From Candidatus Magasanikiibacteriota bacterium (lineage in GTDB: Bacteria > Patescibacteriota > Patescibacteriia > Magasanikbacterales > UBA922), in the NCBI GenBank assembly GCA_903837125.1, contig CAILTG010000025.1:1340-65339 (forward strand): DNA of 64,000 nucleotides, given 5' to 3'. Under the pieces are notes generated by a model that saw nothing but the letters and a program-made list of their open reading frames with translations, was not told the origin of the DNA and did no database searches. Made by a program: the position numbers and the translations under genes. Positions 33,338 through 43,735 of the stretch are shown piece after piece (within the stretch, counting starts at the first letter, position 1; each line of letters opens with the position of its first letter).

Positions 33338-34373
33338 TTTTGTGGATAATAAAAATAGAAAATTAATGACCGGTGCCGAAGTTTGTGTGCAAGCTGCTTT
33401 TGACGCTGAAGCCAAAATGATGTATGGCTATCCCATTACTCCAGCCACAGAAGTGTTTACCGGTTGGATTAAACGTGGTGGTGCCTATTTGCAAACCGAA
33501 GATGAAATTGCGGCAGGTTTTGCAATTTGTGGTGCCATATTAGCTGGACAAAAAGCTTTTTCAGCTACTTCTGGTCCAGGACATATTTTAATGCAAGATG
33601 CGATGAGTATGGCCGAAGGTATGCGTTTACCGTTTGTGTTGATTGTTGGCCAACGTGGTGGTCCATCTTCTGGCACTGTAATTTATTCTCAGCAAGAAGT
33701 TATTTTGTCTTGTTTTGGTGGTAATGGTGAGGGTTTGCGTTTGGTTTATTCTCCTTCAAGTTTGAAAGAGTTATATCAATTAACGCGTCAGGCATTTAAT
33801 GACGCTTGGCAGTATCGTTTTCCGGCAATTGTTTTAACCGATGGTTACATGTTAAAAACTAGAGGAGTAGTTAGTTTGGAAGAATTAAAAATAGAAAATA
33901 TTCCACCTCATCAATTAGTTCCGGAAGATAAAGTAACTCACTGGCAAAATATTTACACTTTTGAAGATGATTTATATTATGAAATTAATTCAGCTAAAGA
34001 AGATTTTCATAAAATAGCAGATGAAATAGCTAAAGCAGAAAAATATTTAACAGCTGATGCTGAAATATTATTAGTTGCCCATGGAATTGTGGGGGCGGTT
34101 GCCAAAGAAGCAGTCCAAGAATTGCGTAAAGTAGGAATTAAGGCTGGAATGTTTCGTCCAATTACTTTGCGTCCTTTTCCTAAAAAAGAATTAGATAAAG
34201 TTTGTGGTTGGGAAAGTGTTAAAAAAGTAGTGGTAATTGAATCAGCCCTCGGTCAATTGGCCAGAATTGTGCGTGATCAGTTGGCGCCAGAGATTGATGT
34301 GAGTTTTGAATACCTGCAAAAACCGGGGTTAGGGATTGAGGTGGAGGAGATTGTGAAGTTTGTTAATAAATAA
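33321..34373 (+). CDS. 2-oxoacid:ferredoxin oxidoreductase, alpha subunit
   Basis: GYPITPATEV...GPGHILMQDAMSMAEGMRLPFVLIVGQRGGPSSG typical of KorA/PorA. Confidence 0.8.
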   Translation: MLMKYNFVDNKNRKLMTGAEVCVQAAFDAEAKMMYGYPITPATEVFTGWIKRGGAYLQTEDEIAAGFAICGAILAGQKAFSATSGPGHILMQDAMSMAEGMRLPFVLIVGQRGGPSSGTVIYSQQEVILSCFGGNGEGLRLVYSPSSLKELYQLTRQAFNDAWQYRFPAIVLTDGYMLKTRGVVSLEELKIENIPPHQLVPEDKVTHWQNIYTFEDDLYYEINSAKEDFHKIADEIAKAEKYLTADAEILLVAHGIVGAVAKEAVQELRKVGIKAGMFRPITLRPFPKKELDKVCGWESVKKVVVIESALGQLARIVRDQLAPEIDVSFEYLQKPGLGIEVEEIVKFVNK

Positions 34374-35058
34374 TTTTATGTCTGATTTTATTCCAGCAAA
34401 ATTTTGTCCGGGGTGCGGTTATCCGATTGCTTTGACGTTGTTAAAAAATGTTTTGAAAAAAAATGATTTACTTGCCAAGTCAGTGTTGGGTTTGGATATT
34501 GGTTGTAATTTGTTGGCTTGGAATTTTTTACCAATTTCTACTTTTCAAACACATCACGGCCGAGTCGTGCCAACGATGGTTGGTTTTAAGCGCGCCAGAA
34601 ATAATTCACTTTCTTTTGCTTTGGTTGGAGATGGTGGAGCCTATGCTATTGGTCTGCAAAGTTTAATTCATGCCGCCAAACGTGATGAAGCAATTACAGT
34701 TTTGGTTATTAATAATACAGTCTATGGAATGACCGGCGGGCAGACCGCCCCCACAACTTTAAAAGGACAAAAAACCGATTCACATCCAGAAGGTAATCCA
34801 GAAGAGCCGATGATGGGTCCGGAATTATTAAAGAATGTTGTAAAACCAGGAGCCTTTTTGGCAAGAACTGCTGTAAACGAACCTAAACAGTTGATGGAAT
34901 TTTTAGAAAAAGCAATTCAAACACAGCAAGCCGGGCATTTTTCTTTGATAGAAATTTTGTCTTTTTGTCCCACGAATTGGAAAACAAGTGGTATGGAAAC
35001 AATTAAATATTTAGATGAAAAGTTGAAGCCGGTTTTTAAATTGGGTGAAGTTCTGTAA
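34360..35058 (+). CDS. 2-oxoacid:ferredoxin oxidoreductase, beta (TPP-binding) subunit
   Basis: FCPGCGYP...GDGGAYAIGLQSLIHAAKRDEAITVLVINNTVYGMTGGQ TPP-binding fold. Confidence 0.8.
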   Translation: MLINNFMSDFIPAKFCPGCGYPIALTLLKNVLKKNDLLAKSVLGLDIGCNLLAWNFLPISTFQTHHGRVVPTMVGFKRARNNSLSFALVGDGGAYAIGLQSLIHAAKRDEAITVLVINNTVYGMTGGQTAPTTLKGQKTDSHPEGNPEEPMMGPELLKNVVKPGAFLARTAVNEPKQLMEFLEKAIQTQQAGHFSLIEILSFCPTNWKTSGMETIKYLDEKLKPVFKLGEVL

Positions 35059-35146
35059 TATTTTATTAATATTTTGTTTGTATTTTGATAATATTTTAGG
35101 CTTTTGAAAAAATACGAATAAAATACAAAAAAAATACGAATAAAAT

Positions 35147-35629
35147 ATGACTTATAAAATACTATTAAGTGGTGATGGCGGCCAAGGTATTCAACTTGTT
35201 TCCGACATGTTGGCGCAAGCGGCTTTTGCCAATGGTTTTAATATTTCGCAAATTCCTAATTATGGTTTGGAACAGCGCGGTGGGGTTTCACTTTCTTTTT
35301 TAGTTATTAGTGACCAAGAAATTGCTTATCCTCGGTTTACCAAACCAGACATTTTGCTCATAATGAGTGAACAAGCGAGAATAAGGACAGAAAAAAATAA
35401 AAATGGAAATTTAATATTAGATGTGCAAGATTATAATAAAAAATTAGAGGAGAATAATATTTTTGTTAAAAGTTATAATATTTTTTTCTTGGGGCGGTTG
35501 ACAAAAATATTGGAAGAAAAAGGTGTTTTAAAGAAAGAGGACGTTTTTAATTTATTAGAAAAAAAATTAAGTACAAAAATGAATTGGGAGGAAAATAAAA
35601 AAACTTGGGAATTAGCAATTAGAAATTAA
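35147..35629 (+). CDS. 2-oxoacid:ferredoxin oxidoreductase, gamma subunit
   Basis: ILLSGDGGQGIQLVSDMLAQAAFANGFNISQIPNYGLEQRGG typical of PorG/KorC. Confidence 0.75.
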   Translation: MTYKILLSGDGGQGIQLVSDMLAQAAFANGFNISQIPNYGLEQRGGVSLSFLVISDQEIAYPRFTKPDILLIMSEQARIRTEKNKNGNLILDVQDYNKKLEENNIFVKSYNIFFLGRLTKILEEKGVLKKEDVFNLLEKKLSTKMNWEENKKTWELAIRN

Positions 35630-35631
35630 TT

Positions 35632-36486
35632 ATGATTATTTTTTTGCAAAATTTAAGTTTTACTAGTATTGCTATAATTTCGGCTGTTTTTGGTTCGGTG
35701 GCTATAGTTTGGGCCAGGGTTTTGTTAAAAGATATTAAAGCTAGGGATATTTTGGGAATAAATTTTTTAACCATGGGTATAGTACTTTTGTTGATTTCCC
35801 CATTATTTTATTATTTTAAATTTTCTTGGCTGGCTGCTCTGTTATTGATTTTGATTGCTGTTATTGATACAGTGGCCAATTATTTTTATTTTAAGACATT
35901 TGAAAATACAGAAGCGAGTGTGGCCGCACCAATTTTATCTTTAGCGCCGGGTTTTACATTCTTTTTTGGTTGGTTATTTATTGGAGATAAAGTTAGTTGG
36001 TATAGTTTTGTTATTGCCATTTTAATAATTATTATAGTTGTATTTTTTTCCATTGATTTTAAAAATTTCAAATATTTTAAGACAATTAGTTTAACACCGG
36101 CAATAATATCTTCCCTATTTTTTGGATTATCGGCTATACCGACAAAATATTTATTGTCTACAATGCAGGTTACAAACGCCCCAACCTTATATATGTTTCG
36201 GGCGGGTTTGATTGCTTTGTTTTCTTTGTTGTTTTTTCGTTTTCCACTTCGGGAAATTAGCGTTAAACAATATCGTCAAATTTTTTTACGTAGTCTGTTT
36301 GTCATCGGTCAATGGGTATTGTTGTATTTGGCTTTGTCCAAAGGAAATGCCGGGGTTACGGTCACTTTGGCCAACATAACTCCAATTTTTGCTTTTATGT
36401 TGGGTGCTGTTTTGTTGAAAGAAAAAATTACTTTTAAAAAATTATTGGCAGCAATTATGATTTTATTTTTATCTTTGATTATTTAA
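35632..36486 (+). CDS. EamA/DMT-family transporter
   Basis: 10 predicted TM helices with two EamA-like halves. Confidence 0.65.
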   Translation: MIIFLQNLSFTSIAIISAVFGSVAIVWARVLLKDIKARDILGINFLTMGIVLLLISPLFYYFKFSWLAALLLILIAVIDTVANYFYFKTFENTEASVAAPILSLAPGFTFFFGWLFIGDKVSWYSFVIAILIIIIVVFFSIDFKNFKYFKTISLTPAIISSLFFGLSAIPTKYLLSTMQVTNAPTLYMFRAGLIALFSLLFFRFPLREISVKQYRQIFLRSLFVIGQWVLLYLALSKGNAGVTVTLANITPIFAFMLGAVLLKEKITFKKLLAAIMILFLSLII

Positions 36487-36487
36487 T

Positions 36488-37480
36488 ATGAAAAAACCTA
36501 AAATACTTATCTTATTTTGTGGTGGTACTATTTCCATGACCAAAAATATGGCGGGGGCTTTGGTGGGCCATTACTCAGCTGATCAACTTTTTAACATGGA
36601 ACCGCGAGTTAAACAATTGGCTAATTTGGATGTAGAAGTAGTGGCGGATATTGATAGTACCAATATGAATTGGGTCCACTGGGAAAAATTAGTTGATTTG
36701 ATTGCAAAAAATTATAGTAAATATGATGGTTTTATAGTTACTTGTGGAACCAACACCATGGCTTATACTTCTTCGGCAATATCGTTTGCTTTGCCAAATA
36801 TCGGTAAACCAGTGGTGTTTACTGGAGCGCAAATTCCAGCTGAAGAAATAAATACCGATGCCCGTAATAATTTTGTGAATGCTTTGCGGGTGGCGATTAT
36901 GGATATGGCTGGAGTGTTTGTGGTTTTTGGCAGTAAAATCATTTTGGGTTGTCGTGCCAAAAAGGTTAATGAATCAGAATTAGAAGCTTTTGATGTTTTT
37001 AATGATACTAATTTTGGTGAAATAATGATCAAAATTAAAATTAATAGAAAATATAATCGTTGTCATAATAAAAAGTTAATTGTTAAAAATGGTTTTGATA
37101 ATAATATTGTCAGTTTAACTCTCGTGCCAGGTTTAAAATCAGAACATCTTGTTAAATTAATTGATAATAAAGTAAAAGGAATGGTTATTAGGGCTTTTGG
37201 TTCGGGAGATATTCCTTATGATTTATTTCCAGCCTTAGAATACGCGCGTAAAAAGCAAGTGCCAATTTTAGTTACCACCCAGTGTCCGCGTGGGGCCACG
37301 GTGATGGGTATTAACGAACCTGGTCGTCTGGCTTTAAAGCTGGGTGTGATTCAGGTTTTTGATATGAGTATGGAAGCTATGAGCACTAAATTGATGTGGG
37401 CCTTAAAACACAAAGTTTCTTATAAAAAAATGAAGAAATTTATCCAGACTAATTTGGTGGGGGAAATAAAAGAGAAATAA
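36488..37480 (+). CDS. L-asparaginase (type I)
   Basis: ILFCGGTISM, TCGTNTMAYTSSAISF and VVFTGAQIPA asparaginase signatures. Confidence 0.8.
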   Translation: MKKPKILILFCGGTISMTKNMAGALVGHYSADQLFNMEPRVKQLANLDVEVVADIDSTNMNWVHWEKLVDLIAKNYSKYDGFIVTCGTNTMAYTSSAISFALPNIGKPVVFTGAQIPAEEINTDARNNFVNALRVAIMDMAGVFVVFGSKIILGCRAKKVNESELEAFDVFNDTNFGEIMIKIKINRKYNRCHNKKLIVKNGFDNNIVSLTLVPGLKSEHLVKLIDNKVKGMVIRAFGSGDIPYDLFPALEYARKKQVPILVTTQCPRGATVMGINEPGRLALKLGVIQVFDMSMEAMSTKLMWALKHKVSYKKMKKFIQTNLVGEIKEK

Positions 37481-37535
37481 ATTGGGAGGAAAGTGAAAGA
37501 GTTTATTTGTTGAGAAAAAAGTAATTTTATTTTTT

Positions 37536-38945
37536 ATGCATCCTGAATTTACTTCCTTTGATTTTATTGGCCAAGCGGGTAGTAAAGCAGACTTTTTGAA
37601 GAAAAGAGAAGAGAAAGTTTTTAGTATTGTAGAAAATGGTCGCGAGGCTCAGGGTGATATAAAAGATAAATTTAGGCAAGATTTGGAAAGTGTAATTAAA
37701 GAAGGCGCGATGGATAAAGATTTTATTGAGAGTCTGATCGGGCATTTTCAAATCGATCCGCAGCTTGTGTATAAGAATTATATAGGTGTTGATGAGACAG
37801 GAGATTTTTCTTATCCGGTCTTAAACATGCGAGCGATTATTAACGCTTTAATCCCATTAGAGTTTGTTAATAATAAGAGTGTGTCGGTAGAAGTTAGAGA
37901 GATTGACAAATTTATTGTCGAACAGCCAGTTGATTTTATTATTACACCCTCTGTTGTTAAAGCCGCTAAGCCAGTTACGGGTGATGTGGTTGGTACTAAA
38001 TGGACGAAAGAGTTTAACAGAAAAGATGGTTTGGAGGGTTTGCTTGAAAAAAATAAAATTAAGACGCGTAAGTTTTTTATGAACGAAGAAGCCCAACAAC
38101 AGCAAAAAGAAAGGGGCATGTTGAGGGTGGGTAATTATTTTGGTTATTTTTTGTCAGATTTTGGTAAATTAATTTTGGTCTGTGATAATCAAGGAGAAGC
38201 AACTTTTGTTTTACATAAAGTAGAAGCTTCGCAGGTGGAGAGATTTATGTCCTTAAACAAGTTGCGATTACAAATTTTAATAAGAGCCGGTTTATGTGTG
38301 CAGGTAAACTGGGGAGATGTGGCAGGGTGGAATGCTAAAATATTGGCGGAAATTACTAGACCAAACAATGAAGTATTTTCAGACTCGGGAGAAGAAATGT
38401 TGGCTGCGGTAGAAAAAGCAGATGTTAAAAAACAAACCCATTTGACATATGCAGAAGCTCAGGAGTTATTGCAAGATTTTGGCTATATTACCACTAGAAG
38501 GGAATACGAAGTATTGAGAAAGCAAATACCATCACTACCTTATCATCCCGAACACGTGTTTGCGAGCGAGTGGAGGGGGTGGGATAGTTTTCTTAGTCAA
38601 GTAGAGAGTTTTGAGGACGCGCGTAGTCGGGTGAAGGCAAAAGGTTTTAGAAATTCCGCTGAGTATCGATCTTATCGCAAATTACACCCAGAGGAAAGAT
38701 TGCCAACTGCCCCGGATGTATTTTATGCTGATCAAGGTTGGGCGGGTTGGAATGATTTTTTGGGAATAGAAATTTTGGATTTTGTTGCGGCGAGAGACTT
38801 GGCGGGATCTGTTGGTTTTGCAGGTTCTCAAGATTATTACGAACGCTATATGCAATATTCTGGGCTTCCGTCTAATCCGAACAGAAGTTATAGAGGTAAT
38901 TGGGTAGATTGGTATGATTATTTAGGCAAAAAAAATAAAAAATAA
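37536..38945 (+). CDS. Hypothetical protein with three C-terminal ~35-aa repeats carrying a W-x-G-W-x-D-[FY]-L motif
   Basis: Repeats: YHPEHVFASEWRGWDSFLSQ / PDVFYADQGWAGWNDFLGIE / NRSYRGNWVDWYDYLGKK; N-terminal 300 aa has no recognisable motif. Confidence 0.5.
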   Translation: MHPEFTSFDFIGQAGSKADFLKKREEKVFSIVENGREAQGDIKDKFRQDLESVIKEGAMDKDFIESLIGHFQIDPQLVYKNYIGVDETGDFSYPVLNMRAIINALIPLEFVNNKSVSVEVREIDKFIVEQPVDFIITPSVVKAAKPVTGDVVGTKWTKEFNRKDGLEGLLEKNKIKTRKFFMNEEAQQQQKERGMLRVGNYFGYFLSDFGKLILVCDNQGEATFVLHKVEASQVERFMSLNKLRLQILIRAGLCVQVNWGDVAGWNAKILAEITRPNNEVFSDSGEEMLAAVEKADVKKQTHLTYAEAQELLQDFGYITTRREYEVLRKQIPSLPYHPEHVFASEWRGWDSFLSQVESFEDARSRVKAKGFRNSAEYRSYRKLHPEERLPTAPDVFYADQGWAGWNDFLGIEILDFVAARDLAGSVGFAGSQDYYERYMQYSGLPSNPNRSYRGNWVDWYDYLGKKNKK

Positions 38946-38963
38946 TGAATAATTTTAAATCAT

Positions 38964-40817
38964 ATGTGTGGAATTGTCGGGTATCTTGGTCAAAAAGAAT
39001 CCTTACCTATTTTGGTAAATGGACTCCGGCGTTTGGAATATCGCGGTTACGATTCTGCTGGTGTGGCTATTTTAGATAAGGGAATAATTAAAAAAGTAAA
39101 ATCTGTTGGTAAAATAGATAATTTGGCGGAAAAATTATCCGCCCTAAACGGATGCGCTTCGGGCGGAAAAGATAATAAAATGAGTGGTACAGCTGGTATT
39201 GCCCATACGCGCTGGGCCACTCATGGCGGAGTTACTGAAGAAAATGCTCATCCGCATACTGACTGTTCGGGAAAGATTGTTTTAGCGCATAATGGAATTA
39301 TTGAAAATTATCGTGAATTAAAAATAGAATTGGGTGAAACTCATAAATATACTTCGCAAACTGATTCAGAAGTTTTGGCGCATTTGATAGAGCATTATTA
39401 TAAAGGTGATTTACGTCAGGCTGTACAATCAGCACTAAGACGAGTGCGTGGTACTTATGGATTAGTGGTAATGCACGCCGATCATCCGGACATGATAATT
39501 GCTGCCAGGTTAGGTAGTCCGCTTGTTGTGGGAGTTGGTGATGGAGAGTTTTTTATTGGTTCTGATGCCACACCAATGTTGGCTTATACCAAAAAGGTGG
39601 TATTTTTAGAGGATGGAGAAATTGCGGAAATAACTTTGGCGGGAATGCAAACTTTTAATTTACGTAATCAAAATGTAATTAAAAAAGTGGAAGAGATTGA
39701 TTGGGATGAAGCGCAGGCAGAGCTTCAGGGTTTTCCTCATTTTATGTTAAAAGAAATTTTTGATCAGCCGGTAGTTTTTAAAGATGCGGTACGTGGTCGT
39801 GTTGATCAGGAAGAAGGTACAGCACATTTAGGCGGTTTGAATATGAGTGAAGCACAAATGCGCGAAATCAATAGAGTCATTTTGATTGCTTGTGGCACTG
39901 CCTCGTATGCGGCTATGGTTGGTAAGTATGCCTTTGAAAGATTAGCTGGCATACCAACTGAAGTAGATGTTGGTTCAGAATTTAGATATCGTGATCCAAT
40001 TGTTGATAACCATACTTTGGTATTTGCCATTTCACAATCAGGAGAAACTGCCGATACTTTGGCAGCAGTACGTGAAGCAAAACGAAAAGGAGCCTTTGTG
40101 CGGGGGATTGTAAATGTGGTTGGCTCCACTATTGCCAGGGAAACTGATGGTGGCACCTATATTCATGCCGGACCAGAATTGGCAGTGGCTTCTTCCAAGG
40201 CTTATATTAATATGGTAGCCGTTCTTTTGTTGTATGCCTTGCAATTTGGTCGTTCTCGTAGACTGAGTTTGGCTACTGGACAGAGAATTTTAACTGCTTT
40301 GGGAGAAATTTCTGAGAAGATGAAAATAATTTTAGCGCAAAGTGAAAAGATTAAAAAATTAGCCGAGAAATATAAAAATTATCAAAATTTTCTTTATTTA
40401 GGGCGAGGGATAAATTATCCAGTGGCTTTGGAAGGTTCACATAAATTAAAAGAGATTTCTTATATTCACAGTGAAGCTTATCCAGCCGGAGAAATGAAGC
40501 ATGGGGTGAACGCTCTTTTGGCACCGGATTTTCCAGTGATTGGCATTATGACCAAGAATCAGCTTTATGAAAAAATGAGCAGCAGTATTGAAGAAGTGCG
40601 GGCGCGCAAATCGCCGGTAATTTTGATTGTGAGCGAAGGAGATATTAAGGCTCAGGAATTGGCCGATGAAATAATTTATGTGCCAGAAACTATGGAGCTT
40701 TTGGAACCACTTTTAAATATAATTCCTTTGCAATTATTTGCTTATCACACAGCAGTACTTTTGGGGCGTGATGTGGATCGGCCCAGGAATTTAGCTAAAT
40801 CAGTGACTGTTGAATAA
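38964..40817 (+). CDS. glmS: Glutamine--fructose-6-phosphate aminotransferase
   Basis: N-terminal MCGIVGY (Cys2 nucleophile), two SIS domains, C-terminal ...KSVTVE. Confidence 0.9.
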   Translation: MCGIVGYLGQKESLPILVNGLRRLEYRGYDSAGVAILDKGIIKKVKSVGKIDNLAEKLSALNGCASGGKDNKMSGTAGIAHTRWATHGGVTEENAHPHTDCSGKIVLAHNGIIENYRELKIELGETHKYTSQTDSEVLAHLIEHYYKGDLRQAVQSALRRVRGTYGLVVMHADHPDMIIAARLGSPLVVGVGDGEFFIGSDATPMLAYTKKVVFLEDGEIAEITLAGMQTFNLRNQNVIKKVEEIDWDEAQAELQGFPHFMLKEIFDQPVVFKDAVRGRVDQEEGTAHLGGLNMSEAQMREINRVILIACGTASYAAMVGKYAFERLAGIPTEVDVGSEFRYRDPIVDNHTLVFAISQSGETADTLAAVREAKRKGAFVRGIVNVVGSTIARETDGGTYIHAGPELAVASSKAYINMVAVLLLYALQFGRSRRLSLATGQRILTALGEISEKMKIILAQSEKIKKLAEKYKNYQNFLYLGRGINYPVALEGSHKLKEISYIHSEAYPAGEMKHGVNALLAPDFPVIGIMTKNQLYEKMSSSIEEVRARKSPVILIVSEGDIKAQELADEIIYVPETMELLEPLLNIIPLQLFAYHTAVLLGRDVDRPRNLAKSVTVE

Positions 40818-41472
40818 TATGATTCAAGCGGTAATTTTTGACATGGATGGAGTGTTGGTTGATAATCATGAATCTTGGTCCATTTTTGATACAAATTTTT
40901 TGGCGGAATTAGGTATTAAGTCGGATAAAGAATATAAGGCATTTGTAAATGGTAGAAGTATGGAAGAAGTTGCCTTGTGGACCAAAGAACATTATCAGTT
41001 GAGTCAAAATGTGGAGGATATTTTGGTTTCTAAACAAAGTGGGGTAAAACATGTTTATGAAGTTGAGTCAAAACCAATGTTTGGAGTTGAAGATTTGCTA
41101 AAAAAAATTAAAAAAAGCAATTTAAAATTGGCTTTATGTTCAGGAGCAAAAATGTGGATGATTGAAACTATTTTAGATCGCTTTAATTGGCAGGATTATT
41201 TTGAGGTGGTAGTTTCTTCCGACCATGTTGAATGCCAAGGCAAACCAGATCCAGAAATATATTTGTATACTTCTAAACTGTTAAATATTGATCCCAAAAG
41301 TTGTGTGGTAATTGAAGATGCCGAAAATGGCGTAAAGTCGGCAATAGGTGCGGGGATGGAGTGTGTTGGTTATGTGGATTTGCGATTTGAATTGTCTGAA
41401 GATTTATCCAGGACAAAATTTAACGTTAATTCATTTTCAGATAAAAAATTAATAGAATTCTTAAATATCTAA
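40810..41472 (+). CDS. HAD-superfamily hydrolase, subfamily IA (beta-phosphoglucomutase-like)
   Basis: AVIFDMDGVLVDN motif I; SGA...; EDAENGVKSA motif IV. Confidence 0.7.
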   Translation: MNNMIQAVIFDMDGVLVDNHESWSIFDTNFLAELGIKSDKEYKAFVNGRSMEEVALWTKEHYQLSQNVEDILVSKQSGVKHVYEVESKPMFGVEDLLKKIKKSNLKLALCSGAKMWMIETILDRFNWQDYFEVVVSSDHVECQGKPDPEIYLYTSKLLNIDPKSCVVIEDAENGVKSAIGAGMECVGYVDLRFELSEDLSRTKFNVNSFSDKKLIEFLNI

Positions 41473-41490
41473 TTCAGATCAAAACAATTT

Positions 41491-42462
41491 ATGTCTCAGT
41501 CTAAATCATTACTTAAACAAAACATCGTGGTTATTGGCGGAGGCAATGGCGGTGCCATTACTTTAAATGCAGTAAAAATTTTTGCTGATAAATTTAATAT
41601 TAATGCGGTAATATCTGTGAGTGATACTGGTGGGTCGTCTGGTAAACTTAGAAAAGAATTTGAGACTCTTCCTCCCGGAGATATTTTACGAGCAGCTCTA
41701 GCAATGTCGCCACTTCACTATCCGACTTTAAAGAAAATTTTTCATACTAATAGATTTGCTGGTAGTGGTAAATTAAACGGACATAATCTCGGCAATATAT
41801 TTTTAGTTTTCGCTCAAAAATATACTGGTGATTATTTGCAGGCTTTGCGTGCTTTGGAAGAGGCGGTGGAAGCTGTGGGTCATGTTTATCCGGCCACGAT
41901 GGAGATGACTGATTTGGCAGTAGAATTGAGTAACGGCAAGAAGATTATTGGTGAAACAAAAATTGACATCCCCAATTATGATAGAAAATTACGCATCAAA
42001 AAAGCTTGGCTTACACCAAGCGGTAAAATATGTTCAGAGAGTAAAAAAGCCATTGAAAATGCCGATTATATACTCATGGGTCCGGGTAGTTTGTATACCA
42101 GTATCATTGCTACAATATTACCAGTTGGTTTTAGTGAGGCAATAAATAAATCAAAGGCTAAATTAGTTTACGTAATGGGTAATGCTTTTGAAAAGGAAGG
42201 CGAAACCGGACCGGAAAAAATGAGTGATTTTGTTCATCAATTACAAAATTATTTACCAAGAAAAATTGATGCAGTAATTTATAATAATCATAAATTGACA
42301 GCTGATACCCGAAAAAATTATCAAAAAAGAAAGTGGCAAACATTTAGAGTTGATTTGGAAAATTTGCAAGATTATAAAATTATTGCAGGTGATTATGAAA
42401 GAAATGGCGGTGGGTTGTGTCCAGATAAATTAGGGGTAGTTTTAAAGAGACAAATTTTTTAA
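41491..42462 (+). CDS. YvcK/CofD-family protein (gluconeogenesis factor / 2-phospho-L-lactate transferase-like)
   Basis: IVVIGGGNGGAITLNAV...VSDTGGSSGKLR...LMGPGSLYTSI conserved family motifs. Confidence 0.75.
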   Translation: MSQSKSLLKQNIVVIGGGNGGAITLNAVKIFADKFNINAVISVSDTGGSSGKLRKEFETLPPGDILRAALAMSPLHYPTLKKIFHTNRFAGSGKLNGHNLGNIFLVFAQKYTGDYLQALRALEEAVEAVGHVYPATMEMTDLAVELSNGKKIIGETKIDIPNYDRKLRIKKAWLTPSGKICSESKKAIENADYILMGPGSLYTSIIATILPVGFSEAINKSKAKLVYVMGNAFEKEGETGPEKMSDFVHQLQNYLPRKIDAVIYNNHKLTADTRKNYQKRKWQTFRVDLENLQDYKIIAGDYERNGGGLCPDKLGVVLKRQIF

Positions 42463-42495
42463 ATAATATTAATTTATATTCAAAGCCAGAATAAT

Positions 42496-42858
42496 ATGGA
42501 AATAAAAAAAGAAATTAAAAAAGATTCTTTTGCTGTAAAAATTTCTTTGGAAGAAGCTGGAAAGATAATGGGTTGGGCGTATTTGTGTATTATTTTTCAG
42601 GATCGACATAAAGAGCCTTATGGTTTAATGGAAAATGTTTATATAGAGCCAGAATATCGGAGTCGTGGCTTAGGAAAAGAATTAGTCAAATTATTAATAG
42701 CTGAGGCTAAAGAGCGTGGATGTTATAAAATTATTGGCACTAGCAAACACAGCAAACCGGAAGTGCACACTTTTTATGAAAAATTTGGTTTTAAGAATAT
42801 TGGAGCGGAGTTTAGGATGGATTTAATTCAAGATTCAAAAGTAATGACAAAAGATTAA
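42496..42858 (+). CDS. GNAT-family N-acetyltransferase
   Basis: VYIEPEYRSRGLGKELVKLLIAEAKERGCYKI acetyl-CoA-binding motif A. Confidence 0.7.
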   Translation: MEIKKEIKKDSFAVKISLEEAGKIMGWAYLCIIFQDRHKEPYGLMENVYIEPEYRSRGLGKELVKLLIAEAKERGCYKIIGTSKHSKPEVHTFYEKFGFKNIGAEFRMDLIQDSKVMTKD

Positions 42859-42861
42859 TTT

Positions 42862-43701
42862 ATGGGTAGACCATCAATAGAAAATCCAGAGTTTTTTGGA
42901 CAAATACAAACTAGGCAATTTGAACATTTTCCTGGTTTGTTTGTTACACCAGGAGAATTGTCTGAACTTCCCCAGCAGATTGCAGATAAAATACCTGAAC
43001 TTGGTGAGTTGGCTGAGAAGGGTAGGCATTTTGTGGTTAAGGAATATTTGTCCAGAGTGAAAAAAGAGTCTCGGTCTATGGCGGAAAATGTTAATGATGA
43101 TAGGTGGACCCTGGCAGAATTAACAGAAAAAAATTTGGTTATTCAACCCGGGAAGGCTAATAAATTATCAGCAGTAGATTTTAATAATGATCGTACATTG
43201 GTTGACTCGGTTCAGGTTCTTTCAGATAGGCAAAAAGCAGTTAGAGATTATTTTTCAGAATTACCGGAGTTTGTGGTCCCGAGTTATTTTTTTATTGCTT
43301 CTGCAAGTGTTCAAGGAAGAAAAAAAACAAAAGAGGATTTTACTGTTTATGAAATACAAGAAAAATTAGAAAATTTTGAACCATTACATGAATTTTTATT
43401 TAAAATTACCAAAGAAGGTAATTTACATAGGTTATCTCCTGAACAGTTGAGAGTTTTAAAAACAGATTTACAATTAATGAAGGAAAGGTTGAATGGGATG
43501 TTGGCTGATAAAGATCATCCTGTTTTTGGGATTTTTTTGCCAGATTTAAAAGCAGGTAATATTATTATTTGTAAAGATGGACATTTAAGAACCTTTGATA
43601 CCAATTGTTTTAAAAGTGGTTTTGAAAGGCCTGAGGCTGAAGGAAAAATAAAATTAACTGTGAGCTTGATAGATAAATTATTATTGATATTAGGTAGTTA
43701 A
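42862..43701 (+). CDS. Hypothetical protein with protein-kinase-like catalytic-loop motif
   Basis: FLPDLKAGNIIICKDGHLRTFDTN resembles kinase catalytic loop (DLKxxN) plus DFG-like DTN; otherwise unassigned. Confidence 0.4.
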   Translation: MGRPSIENPEFFGQIQTRQFEHFPGLFVTPGELSELPQQIADKIPELGELAEKGRHFVVKEYLSRVKKESRSMAENVNDDRWTLAELTEKNLVIQPGKANKLSAVDFNNDRTLVDSVQVLSDRQKAVRDYFSELPEFVVPSYFFIASASVQGRKKTKEDFTVYEIQEKLENFEPLHEFLFKITKEGNLHRLSPEQLRVLKTDLQLMKERLNGMLADKDHPVFGIFLPDLKAGNIIICKDGHLRTFDTNCFKSGFERPEAEGKIKLTVSLIDKLLLILGS

Positions 43702-43735
43702 ATTTAGTTATTTTTTAAATTTAATATTTTTTATT

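Noticed and set aside
38946-38963. Looked for a glmS ribozyme upstream of glmS
   Set aside because: Only 18 nt separate the upstream stop from the glmS ATG; no room for the about 170-nt ribozyme.
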